Origin: Nostoc punctiforme PCC 73102
Lineage (GTDB): Bacteria; Cyanobacteriota; Cyanobacteriia; Cyanobacteriales; Nostocaceae
Assembly: GCF_000020025.1 (NCBI RefSeq)
Contig: NC_010628.1
Coordinates: 6,150,001 to 6,182,000, forward strand
Direction of reading: 5' to 3'
Length of the DNA stretch: 32,000 nt
Shown piece after piece: positions 27,039-32,000 of this stretch; the stretch's first letter is position 1; the number at the start of each line of letters is the position of its first letter. Made by a program: the position numbers and the translations under genes. The notes under the pieces were generated by a model. It had not been told where the DNA came from and ran no database searches. It was given only the letters and a program-made list of their open reading frames with translations.

Positions 27039-30000
27039 ATGACTAACGAAAAAATGATTTTTCGCAATCGCGTGGTTGACAAAGGTCAACTGAGAAATTT
27101 AATTTCTTGGGCTTTTACGAATTATGGTACAGCGCGAACCGCAGTGATGGCGGACAAATTGAAAGATTTGGGATTTCGCTATGCTACCAAAGCAGGGGTT
27201 TCCATCAGTGTAGATGACTTGATGATACCACCAACTAAGCGATTACTCTTAGAAGCAGCCGAGGAAGAAATTCGCGCTACTGAAACCCGTTATCAACGGG
27301 GAGAAATCACTGAAGTAGAACGCTTTCAAAAGGTAATCGATACTTGGAATGGTACCAGTGAAGCTTTGAAAGATGAAGTAGTCGTTCACTTCAAGAAGAC
27401 TAATCCCCTAAACTCCGTATACATGATGGCGTTCTCCGGGGCACGGGGTAACATCTCACAAGTCCGGCAGTTGGTGGGGATGCGGGGACTGATGGCAGAT
27501 CCTCAAGGGGAAATTATCGATTTACCTATCAAAACCAACTTCCGTGAAGGGTTAACTGTGACGGAATACATTATTTCGTCTTACGGTGCCAGAAAAGGAT
27601 TGGTGGATACTGCCTTACGGACGGCTGACTCTGGTTATCTCACCCGCCGATTGGTGGACGTTTCCCAGGATGTAATTATTCGGGAATTTGACTGTGGCAC
27701 TACCAGAGGTCTTACCATTGGACCAATGACAGAAGGTGCTAAAACCTTGATTCCTCTAGCAACCCGCTTGATGGGACGGGTAATTGGCGAAGATGTGGTG
27801 CATCCAGTCACAAAAGAATTGATTGCAGCACGCAATTCGCCAATTCCTGAAGACTTGGCGAAGAAAATTGAAAAGTCTGGGGTGGGAGAAGTTGTGGTGC
27901 GATCGCCCCTAACTTGTGAAGCCGCACGTTCTGTCTGTCAACACTGCTACGGCTGGAGTTTGGCACACGCCAAGATGGTGGATTTGGGCGAAGCTGTAGG
28001 GATTATTGCTGCCCAAAGTATCGGCGAACCTGGTACTCAGTTAACCATGCGGACATTCCACACTGGTGGGGTGTTTACTGGAGAAGTGGCACAACAAGTT
28101 CGTTCCAAAATTGATGGGACTGTCAAACTTCCCCGCAAACTGAAAACCAGAACATATCGTACCCGCCACGGGGAAGATGCCCTCTATGTTGAAGCTAATG
28201 GCATCATGCTTTTGGAGCCAACAAAAGTAGGTGATGTTACTCCAGAGAACCAAGAGGTTCATCTTACCCAAGGTTCAACACTATATGTATTTGATGGAAA
28301 TAAGGTAAAACAAGGTCAGTTGTTGGCAGAGGTTGCCCTTGGTGGACGTACAACTCGGACTAATACAGAAAAAGCAGTTAAAGATGTCGCCTCTGACTTA
28401 GCAGGGGAAGTGCAATTTGCCGAAGTTGTTCCAGAACAAAAAACTGACCGTCAAGGTAATACCACAACTACAGCCGCACGCGGTGGTTTGATTTGGATTT
28501 TGTCTGGGGAAGTTTACAACTTGCCACCTGGGGCAGAATTGGTGGTGAAAAATGGTGATGCGATCGCTGCTAATGGAGTTTTAGCAGAAACCAAATTAGC
28601 CAGTTTACACGGCGGTGTGGTGCGCTTGCCAGAAGCTACCCCAGGTAAGAGTACCAGGGAAATTGAGATTATCACTGCTTCTGTGGTTTTAGACCAAGCA
28701 ACCGTGACAGTCCAAAGTTCTCAAGGTCGTAATAACTACTTAGTATCTACTGGCAACAACCAGGTATTTAACCTCCGGGCTACACCGGGCACAAAAGTGC
28801 AAAATGGTCAAGTAGTAGCTGAGTTAATTGATGACCGCTATCGCACAACCACTGGTGGATTCCTGAAATTTGCTGGTGTAGAAGTCCAGAAAAAAGGCAA
28901 AGCCAAGCTGGGCTATGAAGTCGTGCAGGGCGGTACCTTGTTGTGGATTCCTGAAGAAAGCCACGAAGTTAATAAAGATATCTCCTTGCTGTTGGTAGAA
29001 GACGGTCAGTTTGTCGAAGCTGGCACCGAAGTCGTGAAAGATATCTTCTGCCAAAACAGTGGTGTGGTAGAAGTGACCCAGAAAAACGACATCCTGCGGG
29101 AAGTCGTGGTGAAGCCAGGGGAACTGCTGATGGTTGACGATCCAGAATCAGTCATCGGGAGAGATAACACCTTCATCCAACCTGGTGAGGAATTCCAAGG
29201 TAATGTCGCCACGGAATTACGTTATATCCAGTATGTGGAAACACCAGAAGGTCCTGCCCTGTTGAGTCGTCCAGTAGTCGAGTTTGCTGTACCAGATAAT
29301 CCCGACGTGCCATCTACTACATCGGTAAGTCAACAAACCGGGCGATCGATTCAATTAAGAGCGGTACAGAGACTACCTTACAAAGATTCAGAACGTGTCA
29401 AATCTGTTGAAGGTGTAGAACTACTGCGAACCCAGCTAGTGCTAGAAATTGAGCAAGAGGGCGAACAAGACCATAATGCTTCTCCACTAGCAGCAGATAT
29501 TGAATTAGTAGAGGATACTGAAAATCCAGAAGTTCAACGTTTACAACTGGTAATTTTGGAATCCTTGGTAATTCGTCGAGACATTACCGCCGATGCCACC
29601 CAAGGTAGCACCCAGACCACACTTGAGGTATACGATGGGTTAACCATCGCCCCAGGTTCTGTAGTCGCACGTACCCAAATCTTGTGTAAAGAAGGTGGGG
29701 AAGTACGAGGCGTCCGCAAAGGAACCGAAAACGTGCGTCGCTGCTTAGTGTTGCGCGACGTTGACAGGCTCACCATTAATACTAGTACTCAGCCAAAAGT
29801 GAAAGTGGGTGACTTGCTAGTAGAAGGTACAGAAGTTGCTCCTGGAGTTTTTGCCCCAGAATCAGGACAGGTAGTAGATATTAAAAATGCCGCTGCTGCA
29901 TCTGGTGGAGAATCAGCTCTGAGTACTAAAAACTACGTTATTACTACCCGCATTGGTCGTCCTTATCGAGTCAGCCCTGGTGCTGTGTTGCAGATAGAAG

Positions 30001-31088
30001 ACGGCGATTTGGTACAACGGGGTGATAACTTGGTGTTGCTGGTGTTTGAACGCGCCAAAACCGGAGATATCATTCAAGGTTTGCCCCGGATTGAGGAACT
30101 ACTTGAAGCTCGTAAACCGAAAGAAGCCTGTATTTTATGTCGTCGGGGCGGAGAAGTTAAGGTAGTTTACGCTGAAAGTGGTGATGAAGCGATCGCTATT
30201 AAGGTCGTAGAATCAAATGGCGTGGTGACAGATTATCCTCTGGGCCCTGGACAGAACTTGATTGTGCCAGATGGATCAATAGTATTAGCGGGACAACCCT
30301 TAACTGATGGTCCATCGAATCCCCACGAAATTTTGGAAATCTTCTTTAGCCTTGGTTCCGAAGACGGAATCTATGCTTGTGCTAGCCTTGCCTTGCAGAA
30401 GGTACAGACATTCTTAGTGAATGAAGTGCAAATGGTGTATCAGTCTCAAGGGATTGATATTTCCGATAAGCACATTGAAGTAATTGTTCGCCAGATGACC
30501 AACAAGGTCAGGATTGATGATGGTGGTGACACCACCATGCTCCCCGGCGAATTGGTAGAACTGCGCCAAGTTGAGCAGGTGAACGAAGCTATGGCAATTA
30601 CAGGCGGTGCGAGGGCACAGTATACCCCAGTATTGTTAGGTATCACCAAAGCATCGTTGAACACTGACAGCTTCATTTCAGCAGCATCCTTCCAAGAGAC
30701 AACACGGGTACTTACCGAAGCAGCTATTGAAGGTAAATCTGACTGGCTGCGCGGGTTAAAGGAAAACGTGATTATCGGCCGATTGATTCCGGCTGGTACT
30801 GGGTACAATACCTATGAAGAACCCGGTGCGATCGATGATTATGCTGCTGAGATTAGCAGTAGTGTCTTGGATGAAGTTGATGATCCTCTGGATATGGTCT
30901 TAGATGACCGCACAGCTCGTACCTATAATTTAGATTCTCCGACTCTTGGGGAATCTGGTTTTGGTAGCAGACGTGCAGAGAGGTCAGTTCTAGATGATGA
31001 AGATGAATTAATCGCCGATGAAGTCGTAGACGACGACGATTTCGAGGAAGAAGAGGAAGACGACGAGGATGATTTCGACGACGAATAG
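27039..31088 (+). CDS. rpoC2: DNA-directed RNA polymerase subunit beta-prime (C-terminal half of bacterial beta-prime)
   Basis: 1349 aa. Bridge-helix region [26 protein letters not shown]. The trigger-loop halves [17 protein letters not shown] and [19 protein letters not shown] are separated by a very large insertion. Acidic C-terminal tail. Confidence 0.96.
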   Translation: MTNEKMIFRNRVVDKGQLRNLISWAFTNYGTARTAVMADKLKDLGFRYATKAGVSISVDDLMIPPTKRLLLEAAEEEIRATETRYQRGEITEVERFQKVIDTWNGTSEALKDEVVVHFKKTNPLNSVYMMAFSGARGNISQVRQLVGMRGLMADPQGEIIDLPIKTNFREGLTVTEYIISSYGARKGLVDTALRTADSGYLTRRLVDVSQDVIIREFDCGTTRGLTIGPMTEGAKTLIPLATRLMGRVIGEDVVHPVTKELIAARNSPIPEDLAKKIEKSGVGEVVVRSPLTCEAARSVCQHCYGWSLAHAKMVDLGEAVGIIAAQSIGEPGTQLTMRTFHTGGVFTGEVAQQVRSKIDGTVKLPRKLKTRTYRTRHGEDALYVEANGIMLLEPTKVGDVTPENQEVHLTQGSTLYVFDGNKVKQGQLLAEVALGGRTTRTNTEKAVKDVASDLAGEVQFAEVVPEQKTDRQGNTTTTAARGGLIWILSGEVYNLPPGAELVVKNGDAIAANGVLAETKLASLHGGVVRLPEATPGKSTREIEIITASVVLDQATVTVQSSQGRNNYLVSTGNNQVFNLRATPGTKVQNGQVVAELIDDRYRTTTGGFLKFAGVEVQKKGKAKLGYEVVQGGTLLWIPEESHEVNKDISLLLVEDGQFVEAGTEVVKDIFCQNSGVVEVTQKNDILREVVVKPGELLMVDDPESVIGRDNTFIQPGEEFQGNVATELRYIQYVETPEGPALLSRPVVEFAVPDNPDVPSTTSVSQQTGRSIQLRAVQRLPYKDSERVKSVEGVELLRTQLVLEIEQEGEQDHNASPLAADIELVEDTENPEVQRLQLVILESLVIRRDITADATQGSTQTTLEVYDGLTIAPGSVVARTQILCKEGGEVRGVRKGTENVRRCLVLRDVDRLTINTSTQPKVKVGDLLVEGTEVAPGVFAPESGQVVDIKNAAAASGGESALSTKNYVITTRIGRPYRVSPGAVLQIEDGDLVQRGDNLVLLVFERAKTGDIIQGLPRIEELLEARKPKEACILCRRGGEVKVVYAESGDEAIAIKVVESNGVVTDYPLGPGQNLIVPDGSIVLAGQPLTDGPSNPHEILEIFFSLGSEDGIYACASLALQKVQTFLVNEVQMVYQSQGIDISDKHIEVIVRQMTNKVRIDDGGDTTMLPGELVELRQVEQVNEAMAITGGARAQYTPVLLGITKASLNTDSFISAASFQETTRVLTEAAIEGKSDWLRGLKENVIIGRLIPAGTGYNTYEEPGAIDDYAAEISSSVLDEVDDPLDMVLDDRTARTYNLDSPTLGESGFGSRRAERSVLDDEDELIADEVVDDDDFEEEEEDDEDDFDDE
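28074..30060 (+). other. Lineage-specific trigger-loop insertion (SI3-type) within rpoC2, about 660 aa
   Basis: Boundaries inferred from the conserved trigger-loop flanks (..FHTGGV at 28056-28073 and [12 protein letters not shown] from 30063). Large SI3 insertions of repeated SBHM domains are established for cyanobacterial RNAP. The coordinates are approximate. Confidence 0.6.
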
Positions 31089-31128
31089 AAACTTGAAATT
31101 TCGCGTCTCTATTAAAATGTAAAAAGTA

Positions 31129-31165
31129 AAAAGGCAAAAGAAATTTTCTTTTGCCTTTTTATTTT
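31129..31165 (+). terminator. Rho-independent terminator after rpoC2 (likely bidirectional)
   Basis: AAAAGGCAAAAG (31129-31140), loop AAATTTT, CTTTTGCCTTTT (31148-31159), then TATTTT. A/T runs on both sides would also serve the convergent Uma2 gene. Confidence 0.8.
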
Positions 31166-31234
31166 GCTTTATAAAAACACATTTTTAAATCCTCAATGTT
31201 CTGGTTTCTGGCTTTTAAGCTAGTAGTCAGTCAA

Positions 31235-31807
31235 TTACAGCGATTCAAAAGTAACATCCTCATAGAAATCTGCAACAGCACACCGAAAATCCACACTTGC
31301 CAGATGAATTATATCTTCTTTTCCATAAGGATAAAGTACCCATTGGCTCTCTGGGTTACGGCGAAAACACTCAACATTTAATCGAGTTTGACTTATAAGT
31401 ACATATTCCTGAAGTGATTCCATCTGTCGGTAGTCAGCAAATTTATCACCTCGGTCAAAGGCTTCTGTTGTCGGAGATAGTACTTCTACAATTAAGCAGG
31501 GATAACGCAGAAAGTTGTTAAAAGCTCTATCTCGTTGGTCACAACTTACTGTAACATCGGGATAGTAATAGACATTAATCGACTCAATATGTACTTTAGT
31601 GTCTGAGATATAAGCCTGACAACCACTCCCGCGCAAATGATTTCTTAGCATTGAAGCAATATTAAGAGAAATAATGACATGAGCATTACTTGCTCCTGCC
31701 ATTGCATAAACCTGTCCCTGTCTATATTCATGCTTTATAGGACTAGTTTCTTCTCCTTTGAGATAATCTTCTGGAGAAATATAGCTAGAATTTGGAGTTG
31801 CAACCAT
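31235..31807 (-). CDS. Uma2-family (DUF820) putative restriction-endonuclease-fold protein
   Basis: 190 aa. ISPEDYLKGEETSPIKHEYRQGQVYAMAGASNAHVIISLNI...YYPDVTVSCD...PCLIVEVLSPTTEAFDRGDKFADYRQMESLQEYVLI is the classic Uma2 pattern, abundant in cyanobacteria. Confidence 0.9.
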   Translation of the reverse strand: MVATPNSSYISPEDYLKGEETSPIKHEYRQGQVYAMAGASNAHVIISLNIASMLRNHLRGSGCQAYISDTKVHIESINVYYYPDVTVSCDQRDRAFNNFLRYPCLIVEVLSPTTEAFDRGDKFADYRQMESLQEYVLISQTRLNVECFRRNPESQWVLYPYGKEDIIHLASVDFRCAVADFYEDVTFESL

Positions 31808-31968
31808 CTGTAATGACCTTGTGTGATGTCTTATATCTAGTTTAAAAGAAGCTTGACGGCTAAATTATTAAGCCAGAGTTGTCAGAAATTGCTAGTGTAT
31901 CCATATATTTGCATAACTTATTTTAGGAAGCTTTAGGAGAAATTAACAAAATTTAAGTTGCATAATCA

Positions 31969-31989
31969 GGGCGGGCAGGATGCCCACCC
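31969..31989. repeat. GGGCGGGCA-GGA-TGCCCACCC hairpin repeat (Nostoc-type dispersed hairpin)
   Basis: 9-position stem with one mismatch and a 3-nt loop, followed by CACAAG. The arms are the same as in the 17295-17322 hairpin. Confidence 0.5.
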
Positions 31990-32000
31990 CACAAGATATT

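Noticed and set aside
31196-31381. 61-aa + ORF after rpoC2
   Set aside because: It is antisense to the 3' end of the well-supported Uma2 gene and has no features of its own.

Overview
The window looks like chromosome from a Nostoc/Anabaena-type cyanobacterium. Evidence: HIP1 (GCGATCGC) occurs about 29 times by my eye count, STRR-type heptamer repeats are present, rpoC is split into rpoC1 and rpoC2, and an NDH-1 ndhH gene is present. Most of it is core housekeeping: rsmH, ndhH, hslO, hisD, rpsT, tatD and the rpoB-rpoC1-rpoC2 operon, which fills the last third of the window. Other ordinary genes are a LysR regulator, a VOC/glyoxalase protein, a MidA-type methyltransferase, a beta-hydroxyacid dehydrogenase-like oxidoreductase and a Usp protein. 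Accessory-looking content is limited. It comprises the first ~5 kb (MMADHC-like protein, orphan ExbB/MotA-like channel, PadR plus an overlapping partner ORF, a tiny two-gene cassette) and a few islands (stand-alone DUF4351, stand-alone GAF protein, a truncated nuclease-like remnant, Uma2). I found no tRNA, rRNA, CRISPR array, transposase or prophage, and no convincing complete novel multi-gene system. The best leads are: (1) a 178-aa stand-alone GAF protein carrying both cysteines of DXCF-type cyanobacteriochromes at the canonical spacing; (2) two tandem stem-loops/palindromes with compensatory changes in the spacer between padR and an ExbD-less ExbB-like gene; (3) a translationally coupled mini-cassette whose first gene has no canonical start codon; (4) a 690-aa membrane-anchored protein built from about 10 degenerate ~55-aa repeats; (5) several families of intergenic repeats, including strong hairpins inside the RNA polymerase operon. 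All product calls come from my reading of the translations. No database search was run.
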